Assembly: GCA_026986905.1 (NCBI GenBank)
Contig: JALSNQ010000006.1
Coordinates: forward strand, 23,634 to 87,633
Length of the DNA: 64,000 nt
Source of the DNA: Thermofilaceae archaeon
GTDB taxonomy: Archaea > Thermoproteota > Thermoprotei > Thermofilales > Thermofilaceae
Direction of reading: 5' to 3'
This document shows positions 27,996-37,857 of the stretch, piece after piece (the stretch's first letter is position 1; the number at the start of each line of letters is the position of its first letter). The notes beneath the pieces were generated by a model. The model had not been told where the DNA came from and did no database searches. It worked only from the letters and a program-made list of their open reading frames with translations. The position numbers and the translations under genes were made by a program.

Positions 27996-28190
27996 CGCGC
28001 CGAATACGCCCAGGTGCGCCATTATCACTACTACGGCGGTGAGGAAAGTCGCGGCTAGAACTAGCTCAGGCCTAACCTTTATTCCTCCAATGTCTTCTTC
28101 AAAGAAGGTCATCAGGCCCGCGGCCGAGAGCGGCTGCGGGGATCTCTCCTTGTCTTTTTTCTTCTTCTTAGACTTCCTCCTGGGGGGCAA
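27984..28190 (-). CDS. secG: preprotein translocase subunit Sec61 beta
   Basis: 68 aa: basic N-terminus, GLMTFFEED, and a single C-terminal TM span. Confidence 0.8.
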   Translation of the reverse strand: MPPRRKSKKKKKDKERSPQPLSAAGLMTFFEEDIGGIKVRPELVLAATFLTAVVVIMAHLGVFGALTP

Positions 28191-28225
28191 CGACCACCAC
28201 CTTAGAATTAGACAGGCCTCCAGGC

Positions 28226-28795
28226 TTATCCGCTTTTCGCACCATCCACTTCCTCGACGAGCAGTTTTCTCCTGTCCGCGTTCTCTATTTTGCTTAGCCC
28301 CTCCCTGTCGTCGATGACCACTGTGAACCCCCCTCCCAGATGTTCTACCTTTTCGCGGAGTCTTCTCTCCTCTTCCGTCTCCTCGCCCCCCTCCATCGCC
28401 CTAATCCTCTCCGCCGCGTCTATGAACATCCTCAAAATGCCCTCGATGTTTGTGACAAACATCTCTGCGTCTATCCCTGGCTCCATTTCGAGCCCTAGTT
28501 CGGGGATCTTAATCCTAGCGTAAGGCGACCTGATAACCTTTGCCTCGTAGTCCCTCTCTCCCTCTACCTTGTAGTATATCCTTTTGTGGCCTTCGCTTCT
28601 GAGGGGTATTACGTCGTTGCGGCGATAACCGCATTTAGTGCAGACCTTGTTTACTATAATCACCGGTCCCATGCCGGGTACGTCGTACTGTGTTTCGGTC
28701 ACCACCATGTCTCCCCCGCAAAAGGGGCATTTCATCTTAAAGCTGCCCAAAACCTTCCCGTACGTAGTCTTTTTCCCCGCGTTTCTTTCCTCCAT
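28226..28795 (-). CDS. ZPR1-type zinc-finger protein
   Basis: CPFCGG...CTKCG ribbon followed by a ZPR1 beta-domain. An alternative start is at 28735. Confidence 0.7.
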   Translation of the reverse strand: MEERNAGKKTTYGKVLGSFKMKCPFCGGDMVVTETQYDVPGMGPVIIVNKVCTKCGYRRNDVIPLRSEGHKRIYYKVEGERDYEAKVIRSPYARIKIPELGLEMEPGIDAEMFVTNIEGILRMFIDAAERIRAMEGGEETEEERRLREKVEHLGGGFTVVIDDREGLSKIENADRRKLLVEEVDGAKSG

Positions 28796-28883
28796 AGCCG
28801 GCCACCTCGCCAGAGAATAATCCTGCTATTATGTGATAATGAAATATATACCCGATTTACCCCCTACCTTCAGGTCGGTGAGA

Positions 28884-30140
28884 ATGGCTGAGCTTTATCT
28901 AGCGTTCACCCCACTTGCAGCCTTTCTCCTAGAGGGGGAGAGTGTTGCAGCCCACCATAAGTGGGGTACGGAGGATCCCTCCGCGCTAGCGGAGATACTC
29001 CATAAACTTGAAGAGGGGAAACTGCCGGCTGAACTCGTAGAGTTTCTCCGCGGAGCTTTGGGGGAGGACACTGTTATCGTAGTCGAGGACGAAGATATAG
29101 CGCGTGAAATAGCGTCTACTCTGGGGTTGAAGGTTGAAATAAGGCAGGCCGACCCCGTGTACAGGCGTTTTAGGGAGAACGTGGTGGGGCTTGCGAAGGA
29201 GTATCTAGGGATTGAGCCCCCGGAGTATTACTCCAAGGTTAGAGCGGTTGCCTTAGCTCTTGCCAGAAAGAAGGTTCGCCGGGCAGCTGAGAAGAGGGAC
29301 CTATTTATAGCGCAGGCGATAAACGCGCTCGACGACATCAACAAGACGATAAACCTGTTCGCGTCGAGAGTTAGGGAATGGTACAGCCTACACTTCCCCG
29401 AGCTAAACGATATCGTTGAGGACCACGAGGTGTACCTCAAAATAGTCACGGAGATAGGGTCTAGGGATCAGATGAACGAAGAGAACCTAAAGGAGCTTGG
29501 TCTCGGCGACGAGACGGTAGAGAAGATTCTTGCGGCTGCAAAGGAGAGCATGGGTGCGGATATCACGGACTTCGACCTCGAGGCGATTAGACAGGTGTCC
29601 AGAATAGGCCTAGAGCTATACCAGGCCCGCCGCAACCTCGAAAAATACATAGACGAGGCCATGCTCGAGGTCGCGCCCAACGTCAGGGGGCTCGTCGGCC
29701 CCCTGCTAGGCGCCAGGCTGATCGCGTTAGCGGGCGGTATTAAGAAGCTCGCAATGATGCCTGCAAGTACGATACAGGTGCTCGGCGCGGAAAAAGCTCT
29801 TTTCAGGTTCCTCAAATATGGCACGAGGCCGCCGAAGCACGGCGTCATATTCCAGTACCCGGCTATCTATAGGTCCCCCAAGTGGCAGCGCGGCAAGATA
29901 GCTAGGGCGTTGGCCGCTAAGCTCGCGATAGCCGCGAGGATAGACGCGTTCAGCGGCGAGTATAAGGCTGACGTGTTGAAAGAAGAGCTTGAAAAGAGGA
30001 TCGAGGAGATAAAGAAGACGTATGCAAAGCCCCCAGTGAGGAAGAAGGCGGAGGCTAGGGAAGCTAGGCCGCCCAGGAGGGAGAAGAGGAAGGGTGGCAA
30101 GAAAAAGAAGAAGTTTAGAGGTAGGGGTAGGAGGAGGTGA
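28884..30140 (+). CDS. nop5: C/D box sRNP core protein Nop5 (Nop56/58)
   Basis: NOP domain and Lys-rich tail. The start is set at ATG 28884 (MAELYLAF), which follows GGTGAG. Confidence 0.9.
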   Translation: MAELYLAFTPLAAFLLEGESVAAHHKWGTEDPSALAEILHKLEEGKLPAELVEFLRGALGEDTVIVVEDEDIAREIASTLGLKVEIRQADPVYRRFRENVVGLAKEYLGIEPPEYYSKVRAVALALARKKVRRAAEKRDLFIAQAINALDDINKTINLFASRVREWYSLHFPELNDIVEDHEVYLKIVTEIGSRDQMNEENLKELGLGDETVEKILAAAKESMGADITDFDLEAIRQVSRIGLELYQARRNLEKYIDEAMLEVAPNVRGLVGPLLGARLIALAGGIKKLAMMPASTIQVLGAEKALFRFLKYGTRPPKHGVIFQYPAIYRSPKWQRGKIARALAAKLAIAARIDAFSGEYKADVLKEELEKRIEEIKKTYAKPPVRKKAEAREARPPRREKRKGGKKKKKFRGRGRRR

Positions 30141-30146
30141 AAGGTC

Positions 30147-30848
30147 ATGATAAGGGCTACCGGGTATAAACCCCACGAAAAGTTCGAGGGAGTCTACTGG
30201 GTTGAATTCGAGGATGGGAGTGAGAAGCTGGCCACTGTGAACATGGTTCCAGGTATTAGGGTTTACGGGGAACTCCTAGTTAGGATGGGGGATAAGGAGT
30301 TTAGAATATGGAATCCTTATAGGAGTAAGCTTGCCGGCGCCATCCTTAAGGGTCTCCAAGTGAACCCCATCCGGCCCGGGGTAAAGGTGCTCTACTTGGG
30401 CGTGGCGAGCGGCACCACGCCTAGTCACGTGTCGGACATTATTGGCCCGAAGGGCCTGCTCTACGGCGACGAGTTCGCCCCAAGAGTGATGAGAGAGTTC
30501 ATCGAGAAAGTCGCGGTGCATAGAAGCAATGTTATCCCTATACTTGCGGACGCCCGTTTTCCATCAAAGTATGCTCCGCTCCTCGAGACGGTCGATGTGG
30601 TGTACGCTGACATTGCGCAGCCTTTTCAGAGCAAGATTGTGGCCGACAACGCGGACATGTTCTTGAAGAAGGGTGGATGGATAATGTTCGCCATAAAAGC
30701 CATGAGCATAGATGTGACCGCCGAGCCCTCCGAGACCTTCAGGAGGGAGATAGAACACTTAGAGGAGCGTGGATACAGCGTCGAGGACAAGGTTCATTTA
30801 GAACCCTACGATATAGCCCATGCGTTTATAGTCGCCCAGAAGAAGTGA
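30147..30848 (+). CDS. flpA: fibrillarin (rRNA/tRNA 2'-O-methyltransferase)
   Basis: [21 protein letters not shown] motif. Immediately downstream of nop5. Confidence 0.95.
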   Translation: MIRATGYKPHEKFEGVYWVEFEDGSEKLATVNMVPGIRVYGELLVRMGDKEFRIWNPYRSKLAGAILKGLQVNPIRPGVKVLYLGVASGTTPSHVSDIIGPKGLLYGDEFAPRVMREFIEKVAVHRSNVIPILADARFPSKYAPLLETVDVVYADIAQPFQSKIVADNADMFLKKGGWIMFAIKAMSIDVTAEPSETFRREIEHLEERGYSVEDKVHLEPYDIAHAFIVAQKK

Positions 30849-30887
30849 GAAACTCTTTTATATTTTCCGTAACTCCCTTCACATGTA

Positions 30888-31805
30888 ATGGTGCCCCCCA
30901 CTGTGCGCCGCGTCTTCGCCAGGCTTAGGAGGCTTGAGCTACACGGTAGCCAGTACTGTTTCGACGAGATTATAAGGGATAGGGACAGGATAATCGTCGC
31001 AAAGAACCTAGACGATGTAAAAGACCTCACCCCCAAGGTCGCGGAGGGGCTAAGGGGGTTTAGCGATTTCGTTAAAGGCGTGCCTATCATCGTCTCCAGG
31101 GAAGAGGGGGGTGAAAGACTCGAAGACAACATTATATATACCAGGTACAGGCTACCCGTGGTTACGCCGCAAACCCTTGAGAAGATCCTTAACGGCTCCG
31201 AGGAGCCACTAATCTATGTCTCGAAGGGCGGCGTATACGTTAAATTGCGGGGAGAGGAACTGAGGCGGGCTCGAGAGGAGAAAGGTATGTCGAGGGGCGA
31301 GCTTGCACGCGCGCTAGGCGTGACTAGGAGGACCATCCTCTATTACGAGAAGGGGTTGAGCGACGCTTCAATACAGGTCGCGGCCAAAATGGAGGAATAC
31401 GTGGGGAGCCGCGTTTTTGCTAGGCTAAGCTTAGAGGAAGTTGAGACGCTTATAGAGGAAACCGGTAGGCGTAGGAGCGGCACACGCCTCTCCGTCCGCG
31501 ACGAGGCCATAGGCAAGGTGCTAAGCATTCTTTCCCGCATGGGCTTCAGAGAATACCTTTTCTCCAGGTCGCCGTTCGACGCTGGGGCTAAGAAGGAGTC
31601 CGTGGAAGAGCCTAGGTTGCTTATAGGCAAGGAAAAGGTTGCTGAGGAACCTGTGGAGGAGATATTGGATGTCACGGAGTCCCGGGCTATACTATTGTCT
31701 GAGGGGAGCGGCGTCAAAGAAGGAGGGAGAGTCCTCATTTTGCCGAAGGAGAAGGTTGAAGAAATAAAGAGGCATGTCGGCTTTCTAGTGGGAGAGGAGA
31801 ACTAG
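30888..31805 (+). CDS. XRE-type HTH domain protein
   Basis: Central HTH, MSRGELARALGVTRRTILYYEKG. Confidence 0.6.
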   Translation: MVPPTVRRVFARLRRLELHGSQYCFDEIIRDRDRIIVAKNLDDVKDLTPKVAEGLRGFSDFVKGVPIIVSREEGGERLEDNIIYTRYRLPVVTPQTLEKILNGSEEPLIYVSKGGVYVKLRGEELRRAREEKGMSRGELARALGVTRRTILYYEKGLSDASIQVAAKMEEYVGSRVFARLSLEEVETLIEETGRRRSGTRLSVRDEAIGKVLSILSRMGFREYLFSRSPFDAGAKKESVEEPRLLIGKEKVAEEPVEEILDVTESRAILLSEGSGVKEGGRVLILPKEKVEEIKRHVGFLVGEEN

Positions 31806-31807
31806 GG

Positions 31808-33007
31808 GTGGGCGTCGCAGAGGATTCATCTCTGTTTAAAATAGTGAAAGAGGGTAAGGCTCTGCTTAAGGTCCCCAACCCAGATAGGTTCCGTGACAAG
31901 CGTGGATTCTATGACCCAGCGTGGGCGCCTGTATTCTACAATCCCCGCATGAGAGTGTCTAGAGACCTGGGGTCGGTTATTGTCGGGGTCTATGGCGGAC
32001 GCAGAGGTGATGTGAGGATTCTCGACGCATTGGCGGCGAGCGGCGCGCGGGGTATAAGGTACGCGGTTGAAAATAGAGGCCTCGTGTCTAAGCTTTTGTT
32101 AAATGATATTAATCCACTAGCCGCTAGGATAGCTAGGGAAAACATACGCTTAAACCGACTCGAAGGAGTCGCGGATGTGGCCTCGGAGGACGCAGCTGTG
32201 CTCATGCTACGTGAAAGAGGATTCGATTTTTTGGAGATAGATCCCTTCGGTAGCCCCGCCCCCTTCACAGATCCAGCCCTCAGGTCAGTATCTCATAGGG
32301 GCATGGCGTGTTTCACGGCAACGGATATGCCCCCGCTTCTAGGGAAATACCCCAAGACCAGTCTGAGGAAGTATTTTTCCTGGAGCCTAAGGACAGAGTT
32401 CTCGAGGGAGCTGGGGACAAGGATCCTCCTCTACTTTATAGCTAGGGAGGCTGCAAAACTCGGCAGGAGGGCAATACCCCTCTACGCGCACTCAACCGAC
32501 CACTATATACGTGTATGCGTTAAAGTCGAGAAGACGAAGAGCGGCAGCGGAGGACTGCCGGGAAACATAGGGTATCTCTGGTATTGCCGTAAGAGCCTCC
32601 ACAGAGGAGTTATCGAGGGAATCGTGCCGCGCGTGCCTACAAGCTGCCCTTCCGGTGGCGGCAAAGTGGAGATCGCCGGGCCCCTATGGATAGGGCCGCT
32701 ATGGGATGGGGAATTTGCAGAGGCCGTATACTCACTTTACATGGAAAGGATGGGTGAAGGGTATCTTTCGAGGAAGGGCCTAAAGATTGCTGAGCTGATT
32801 AAAGGCGAGGTGAATGCGCCCCCGTTCTTCTACACGACGGAGGCGTTGGCATCGAGGTATAGCCTTAGGAGTGAACCTTCGCCTCACGCCGTCGTTGAAT
32901 CTCTCTCCGAGGCTGGGGTGAAGGCTAGTTTAACCCACTTTGATCCGAAGGGTTTTAGAACGAACCTTCCTCCCGAGGAAATAATCAGGTTAATAGATGG
33001 TGGGTAA
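31808..33007 (+). CDS. trm1: tRNA (guanine26-N2)-dimethyltransferase Trm1
   Basis: VFYNPRMRVSRDL and DPFGSP motifs. Confidence 0.85.
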   Translation: MGVAEDSSLFKIVKEGKALLKVPNPDRFRDKRGFYDPAWAPVFYNPRMRVSRDLGSVIVGVYGGRRGDVRILDALAASGARGIRYAVENRGLVSKLLLNDINPLAARIARENIRLNRLEGVADVASEDAAVLMLRERGFDFLEIDPFGSPAPFTDPALRSVSHRGMACFTATDMPPLLGKYPKTSLRKYFSWSLRTEFSRELGTRILLYFIAREAAKLGRRAIPLYAHSTDHYIRVCVKVEKTKSGSGGLPGNIGYLWYCRKSLHRGVIEGIVPRVPTSCPSGGGKVEIAGPLWIGPLWDGEFAEAVYSLYMERMGEGYLSRKGLKIAELIKGEVNAPPFFYTTEALASRYSLRSEPSPHAVVESLSEAGVKASLTHFDPKGFRTNLPPEEIIRLIDGG

Positions 33008-33028
33008 AAACGGCGTAGAGAATAGTTG

Positions 33029-34861
33029 TCAGGGGAATTCTATCTCCTTCGAAAAGCCCAGTTTAAACTTCAGTAACTGCTGGAGGAACCTCTTCTCGTT
33101 CTCGCTGAGCTCGCCCGAGAATTTTTCCAGGTAAGTGTTAATTTCCTCGACCGGGACATCGCTGTAAAGGTAGTCCCCCTCCTTCACCTGCCTACCCACC
33201 ATGGCCTTGCTCCTAATCGAAACAGCCACTTCAGCCCCCTCCTCGGCGTACTCTACAGGCTGCTCGTGCTCCTGTATCTGCATGACTTCTCCTATCCTTC
33301 TCCCAGTCCTCGTGATAAGTGGAACCCCTCCCCTAAGCCTGCCGGCTATCACGCGTATACCGACAATTATGGGGTCTCTCCTCCTAAACACGTAGCCTGG
33401 CAATACCTGAATCACCACGGGCGGGGTCATCTTCTCCATTATGCGGCGGCGCTCCAGCTCCTTTTGCTCCTTATACCATTGGAGGTAGTCTTCCACCAGC
33501 CTGTAGATTATTCTCTCGTGGAAAATCGGTATGCCGCTCGCCTTTGCCTCCTCGCGCGCGTTCGGCGTCGCCTTCACGTTAAACGCAAGTATAGCGGCGA
33601 GCTTGGGATCCACGTTTTTCACCAGCTGTGCCTCGACGACGTCTCTCCTAACCACAGGGCCTACATCGGCCTTTCTAACCGGGACATCGTGCCTCTTCAA
33701 ATAATCCACTAGGGCCTCCAACGTGCCAAGGGTATCCGCTTTTACAACCACACCTGCGATATCCCTCTGTACCCTTAACCCCTCGACCTCCTCCCTTGCC
33801 AAGCGGAGGTATCTATCAATTTCCGCCTCGTCCTCCACGACGTATATAGGGGCGCCGGCGACGCTCTTCTCGAGCCCCTCTGCCACCAGCTTGATGCCAG
33901 CAGCAGCTCTAATCTCCTCTACAGCCATAAACCTGTCTTCCGGCGACCTCATTTCGTCGAGGGGCTTCGGCATCAAGATGTACTTAACCCTTGTAACGAA
34001 GGGTTCCTCGAGGCCGCCTACAACTATCGTGTCACCCCTCCTGATAACTCCCTCATAAAGTATAGCCGCGGCGGTCATTCCAAGGCCAGGGTCCTCGCGT
34101 AGCTCAAGTATAACGGCTTTCCCAGGCCCCTCCTTCACTTTAAGCCTGTTTATAAGATACCTTTGCGCTAAGCCGGCGAGGACCAGCAGCAGGTCAGGTA
34201 CCCCCTCCCCCGTGACGGCGCTTATAGGTATTAGAGCGACCACCTTCGTGAAGTCCCTTATCCTATCGTACCTGTCCGCCCTAAACCCCTGCGTCCTAAA
34301 CTGGTTTATAATATACGCGAGCAGCTCCTCCAGCCTCGCTTGAACCTCCGGGCGTTGTTTTTTGTAGGAAAAAACAAAGGGCTCCCCGGGGTGGGGCTCC
34401 CAGCCAGGTATCCTATCGATTTTATTTACAGCGACTATGAAGGGAACCCTCCTGGCCTTCAGTATCTCCAACGCCTCATATGTCTGGTTTTCAAACCCCT
34501 TCAACGCGTCGACTAGAAGTATCGCGATATCCGCTATGCTCCCGCCACGCCTTCTTAGATTAGAAAAAGCCTCATGGCCGGGCGTGTCTATCACGAGGAA
34601 ACCGGGTATACGTATGTTAACCTTTATCTTTGAAGCCAGGGGGCCGGCGAGCTCCTCTAATGCACTCCAGGGTAGAAAGGACGCACCTATGTGCTGCGTG
34701 ATGGTGCCGGGCTCCCTCTTGGCTACGGCTGTCCCCCTGATCCTGTCTAAGAGGGTGGTTTTCCCGACATTAACGTGTCCTAGAACGGTCACTATCGGAG
34801 CCCGTATATATACACGGCTTTCCTCAAAGTCTTTCCCGCTTTTCCTAGGCCTCTTACCCAC
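33029..34861 (-). CDS. infB: translation initiation factor aIF5B (IF2 family GTPase)
   Basis: GHVNVGKTTLLD, DTPGHEAF and NKID motifs. The tracked ORF extends to 34942 and would overlap L24e. GTG at 34861 is a plausible true start, but this is uncertain. Confidence 0.85.
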   Translation of the reverse strand: MGKRPRKSGKDFEESRVYIRAPIVTVLGHVNVGKTTLLDRIRGTAVAKREPGTITQHIGASFLPWSALEELAGPLASKIKVNIRIPGFLVIDTPGHEAFSNLRRRGGSIADIAILLVDALKGFENQTYEALEILKARRVPFIVAVNKIDRIPGWEPHPGEPFVFSYKKQRPEVQARLEELLAYIINQFRTQGFRADRYDRIRDFTKVVALIPISAVTGEGVPDLLLVLAGLAQRYLINRLKVKEGPGKAVILELREDPGLGMTAAAILYEGVIRRGDTIVVGGLEEPFVTRVKYILMPKPLDEMRSPEDRFMAVEEIRAAAGIKLVAEGLEKSVAGAPIYVVEDEAEIDRYLRLAREEVEGLRVQRDIAGVVVKADTLGTLEALVDYLKRHDVPVRKADVGPVVRRDVVEAQLVKNVDPKLAAILAFNVKATPNAREEAKASGIPIFHERIIYRLVEDYLQWYKEQKELERRRIMEKMTPPVVIQVLPGYVFRRRDPIIVGIRVIAGRLRGGVPLITRTGRRIGEVMQIQEHEQPVEYAEEGAEVAVSIRSKAMVGRQVKEGDYLYSDVPVEEINTYLEKFSGELSENEKRFLQQLLKFKLGFSKEIEFP

Positions 34862-34914
34862 TACACAGCCCCCATTAGAAAGGAAGAATATACGTAAAAA
34901 TCTATGTAACCGGG

Positions 34915-35097
34915 CTAGCGCCTCCCATAGAGCGCGGTCCACTTAAGCTTCCTGGGGTCGCGCCTATACTTTATAGCGCTCTTAAAACACTTTGAGGAAC
35001 AAAACCTCAGGACTGTGCCATCCGTTCTCACATACATTAGCCCTGTTCCCGGCTTTATGGGCTTTCCACAGAAGGCGCACTTGTAGAGCCTAGGCAC
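34915..35097 (-). CDS. rpl24e: ribosomal protein L24e
   Basis: [39 protein letters not shown] at 35097 is preceded by GGAGGTGG and a TATA-like AATATATATT. The upstream 45 tracked codons are judged non-coding. Confidence 0.85.
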   Translation of the reverse strand: MPRLYKCAFCGKPIKPGTGLMYVRTDGTVLRFCSSKCFKSAIKYRRDPRKLKWTALYGRR

Positions 35098-35248
35098 ACT
35101 ATACCACCTCCTCACACAATCGCCTAGTAGAATATATATTGTTTTTCCGACCATAAAACCAGGCGGGCCGTGAAGAAGCTGACCTGCACCGAGGAAACTA
35201 TGCGGGGAATGCACCTCCCCTGAGCCCGTCACATTTTCTCAAAAAGAT

Positions 35249-36487
35249 TTAAACGGCTTTTACGTCCTCGAAGGAAGCTATCTTTAGCTCCGCGGGTTTC
35301 CGTACTATGTCGCCTACGCGCGCCCCTATAATCATCTTCACGCCCTTATTGTACGCCAGGTCTACTAGCCTCTGCGTAACTATGCCGTCAAACACGACGT
35401 AGCTCACACCGTCCACTTCCTGCAGCCGCGAGGTAAGATCCCTCACTGGGAGCCTCTCCATCTCCCTCCACTCGTCATCGTACAGTATGGCCTCAAGCGT
35501 CCCCCTAAGCTCCTCTACGGCCTTGGCTACATGAGCGGGGACTTCAACCGCCTCTGCGGCCCCCGCCGAGCCACTGTTCTCGCTCTGGACTACCTTCTCC
35601 GGCGCAACTACTACCTGCATTTTCGCCTCCTTCCCGCCTCTCCTCTCCTGCCTCTCCTTTTCCAGCAGTTTCACGTACTCCTCTACTGGGATCTTGTTTT
35701 GGAGGGCTTTTGCGATCTCCTTACCCGTGAGCTCTTCCACTTCCCTGCCGGGAGGCGCTCTAGCCACGAAGTCTATGTCGGCGACGTTTAACAGGTTCCT
35801 GGCTATGAGTTCGCCCCCACGGTCCCCGTCTATGAAGAGTATGGTCTTCTTCTTCTTTGAAAGCTCGACTATGCTCTTTGGAATAGACGCTCCGCCGAGC
35901 GCGACAACGTTCCTGTAGCCGTGTTTTAGGAGGTTGAGCACGTCCGCCCGTCCCTCCACTATTATCACTGTGTCAGAGCTCTCCACATCAGGCCCGGCGG
36001 GGAGCTTCTCCGGGCCATAGGAGGTTATCTCCCCCTTCCTTATCTTCTCGAGGACCTCGTCTAAGAGCTCTTTCGTCTCAGGCACTGCCTGGTCGAGCAT
36101 TCTCAGGAGTTCTACAGCTCTTTCAACGATTTTCCGCCTCTTCTCGGCTCTCACGTCCACGAGACCCGTTATGGTAGTCTTCGCCGAGTAAGGCCCCACG
36201 CGGTCGACGCTCTCTATAGCCGCCGCGATGAGCGCGGTCTCGACCTTATCTAGGTTCGAGGGTATCTCTATCTCGGCGATAGTCTTCCCGTTGCTTTTCT
36301 TGGTCTTCACCTCTATCCTGCCAAGGCGCCCCATCTTCTGCAGCTCTCTCAGGTCTAGCTCCTCGCCGAGCAGCCCCTCTGTCTGACCGAAGATAGCGCC
36401 TATTATATCGTGTTTTTCGACAAGCCCTGATACCTCCATCCTAGCCTTTATCACGTATTTTACCGATACCGGTGCTCCACCCATCAC
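35249..36487 (-). CDS. dnaG: archaeal DnaG-like primase (Toprim; exosome-associated type)
   Basis: N-terminal GAIFGQTEGLLG and Toprim motifs IIVEGRADV...IDGDRGGE. Confidence 0.9.
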   Translation of the reverse strand: MMGGAPVSVKYVIKARMEVSGLVEKHDIIGAIFGQTEGLLGEELDLRELQKMGRLGRIEVKTKKSNGKTIAEIEIPSNLDKVETALIAAAIESVDRVGPYSAKTTITGLVDVRAEKRRKIVERAVELLRMLDQAVPETKELLDEVLEKIRKGEITSYGPEKLPAGPDVESSDTVIIVEGRADVLNLLKHGYRNVVALGGASIPKSIVELSKKKKTILFIDGDRGGELIARNLLNVADIDFVARAPPGREVEELTGKEIAKALQNKIPVEEYVKLLEKERQERRGGKEAKMQVVVAPEKVVQSENSGSAGAAEAVEVPAHVAKAVEELRGTLEAILYDDEWREMERLPVRDLTSRLQEVDGVSYVVFDGIVTQRLVDLAYNKGVKMIIGARVGDIVRKPAELKIASFEDVKAV

Positions 36488-36542
36488 CTAACACCTTTCC
36501 ACCTCTATCAGACGTGAATAGGTAAGCGTCATGCGCCCACCC

Positions 36543-36645
36543 GGGGCGCGCTGTCGCCGCTCGTCAACACGCCATTTCACCGCTGTGACGGTACATCGCC
36601 TTTCCGCTCAACGGCGCTCTCTGCGAGCGGCCCGCGCGCGCCCCC
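36543..36645. other. GC-rich structured non-coding element (unassigned)
   Basis: 36543-36551 pairs with 36636-36644 (9 bp) and 36557-36563 pairs with 36624-36630 (7 bp). These enclose 60 nt that contain further hairpins. There is no credible ORF. Confidence 0.35.
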
Positions 36646-36665
36646 TCACCACTACAATAATAATT

Positions 36666-36682
36666 GGAATAAAAAGCATTCC
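36666..36682 (-). terminator. hairpin plus U-run just downstream of tRNA-Leu
   Basis: Minus strand reads GGAAU-GCUUUUU-AUUCC, followed by AAUUAUUAUU. Confidence 0.4.
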
Positions 36683-36698
36683 CTAAAGGAGGATTAGC

Positions 36699-36806
36699 TG
36701 GTGCGGGGGCCGGGATTCGAACCCGGGCAGGCCATCGCCAGCGGAGCCTGAGTCCGCCCCCTTTGGCCAGGCTACCTGCCTTTTGACCTAGCTCGGGCAC
36801 CCCCGC
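36699..36806 (-). tRNA. tRNA-Leu(CAG) with a ~20-nt insertion (non-canonical intron) in the D arm, CCA encoded
   Basis: The acceptor GCGGGGG/CCCCCGC, anticodon arm GCGGA-CUCAGGC-UCCGC, long variable arm and T arm CCGGG-UUCGAAU-CCCGG are all intact. The D region holds two D-loop-like copies (GAGCUAGGUCAAAAGG and GUAGCCUGGCCAAAGGG). The gene is 108 nt against about 88 expected. Confidence 0.8.
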
Positions 36807-36871
36807 GCCGTTTTATATTTGTGTTTCGCCGACTTAAATCTTAGCTGCGCCTGCGCCGGGGCTAGCGTTCA

Positions 36872-37159
36872 CTAGCCTGTGGCGGTAGTCTCGCCGCCCT
36901 CTATCTTCTTTATATACTCTTCCTCCTCGGTGAGGTTTATCTCCTGTCTCATGGCTAACTGCTGCTCTACCCTTTTACGCTGCTTGACGAGTCTCGTGAT
37001 GTAGCCTGCTATCCTGTTTCTAAGCCTCTTAGAGGGTATCTCCGCTACCTCCATGAGTACCTGCTTGTTTTCCTCGAAATTTGTTGTAAACTTGTTGGGA
37101 AACTTCTCGAGCATCTCCTTGGCTGTCCTCTTAACGACCTTGGTTCTCACTTTACCCAT
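36872..37159 (-). CDS. rps17e: ribosomal protein S17e
   Basis: [25 protein letters not shown]... Confidence 0.9.
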   Translation of the reverse strand: MGKVRTKVVKRTAKEMLEKFPNKFTTNFEENKQVLMEVAEIPSKRLRNRIAGYITRLVKQRKRVEQQLAMRQEINLTEEEEYIKKIEGGETTATG

Positions 37160-37280
37160 TCTCTCCCCCCGCCTTTTTCCACGCGGCCTCTATAAATATT
37201 GCCCCGGCGGCGCGCCGCCTTCTCGCGCGGTGAAAGAGATATAGTAAGGTTAATACCGCCGGTTCGGAAAATATTTTATC

Positions 37281-37532
37281 GTGGTAGAAATGGCGCAGAA
37301 GAGCGAGAAGGGCGAAATACCCCTCGCGCCTATAGACAGGATTATACACCAGGAGGGGGGTGAAAGGGTCAGCGTGGAGGCGGCCCAGCTTTTACGCGAC
37401 TACCTAGAGGAGTTAGGCAGGCGGCTGGCTAGAAACGCTGTGGAGCTCGCAAATCATGCTGGGCGGAAAACAGTTACTAGGGAAGACATGGAGCTTGCCA
37501 TAAAACTTTACGAGCGATACTTTACGCACTAG
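37281..37532 (+). CDS. archaeal histone (HMf-type histone fold) with short N-terminal extension
   Basis: IPLAPIDRIIHQEGGERVS...ELANHAGRKTVTREDMELAIK is colinear with HMfB-type histones. Start is GTG 37281 or ATG 37290. Confidence 0.8.
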   Translation: MVEMAQKSEKGEIPLAPIDRIIHQEGGERVSVEAAQLLRDYLEELGRRLARNAVELANHAGRKTVTREDMELAIKLYERYFTH

Positions 37533-37602
37533 GGTCTCTCGGATCCAGGTTTCAGGTTTTCAACGGTCACCGTTATAACTGTGGCTTAACCCCCTTTCTC
37601 TG

Positions 37603-37857
37603 GTGAAGGGCATGGTTGATGTAAAACTCGTGGAGAAGAAGATAAAGTCCATGTTTAAGGATGCGGACTATGAAGTAGAGGAGACGGATAAGGGGCTAAA
37701 GGTCGTGCTAGAGGGTCTCGGCGAGGATCCGGCAGAGCTTTTCGGCAAGATAGGAGACCTTGTCTCAGGGCTGAACAAGTTGACGAAGACTAAGAACGCC
37801 GACATAGTGGCTTCTCTCCAGGGAATGGCGTACGGGGTTGAAATCGAGGTTTATTAG
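37603..37857 (+). CDS. hypothetical small protein (84 aa)
   Basis: Coding-like composition, with no motif recognised. Confidence 0.4.
   Translation: MKGMVDVKLVEKKIKSMFKDADYEVEETDKGLKVVLEGLGEDPAELFGKIGDLVSGLNKLTKTKNADIVASLQGMAYGVEIEVY

Noticed and set aside
36564-36800. 78-aa ORF on the minus strand.
   Set aside because: It overlaps tRNA-Leu and the GC-rich structured spacer, and it is Arg/Gly/Ala-rich. It is an artefact of GC-rich non-coding sequence.
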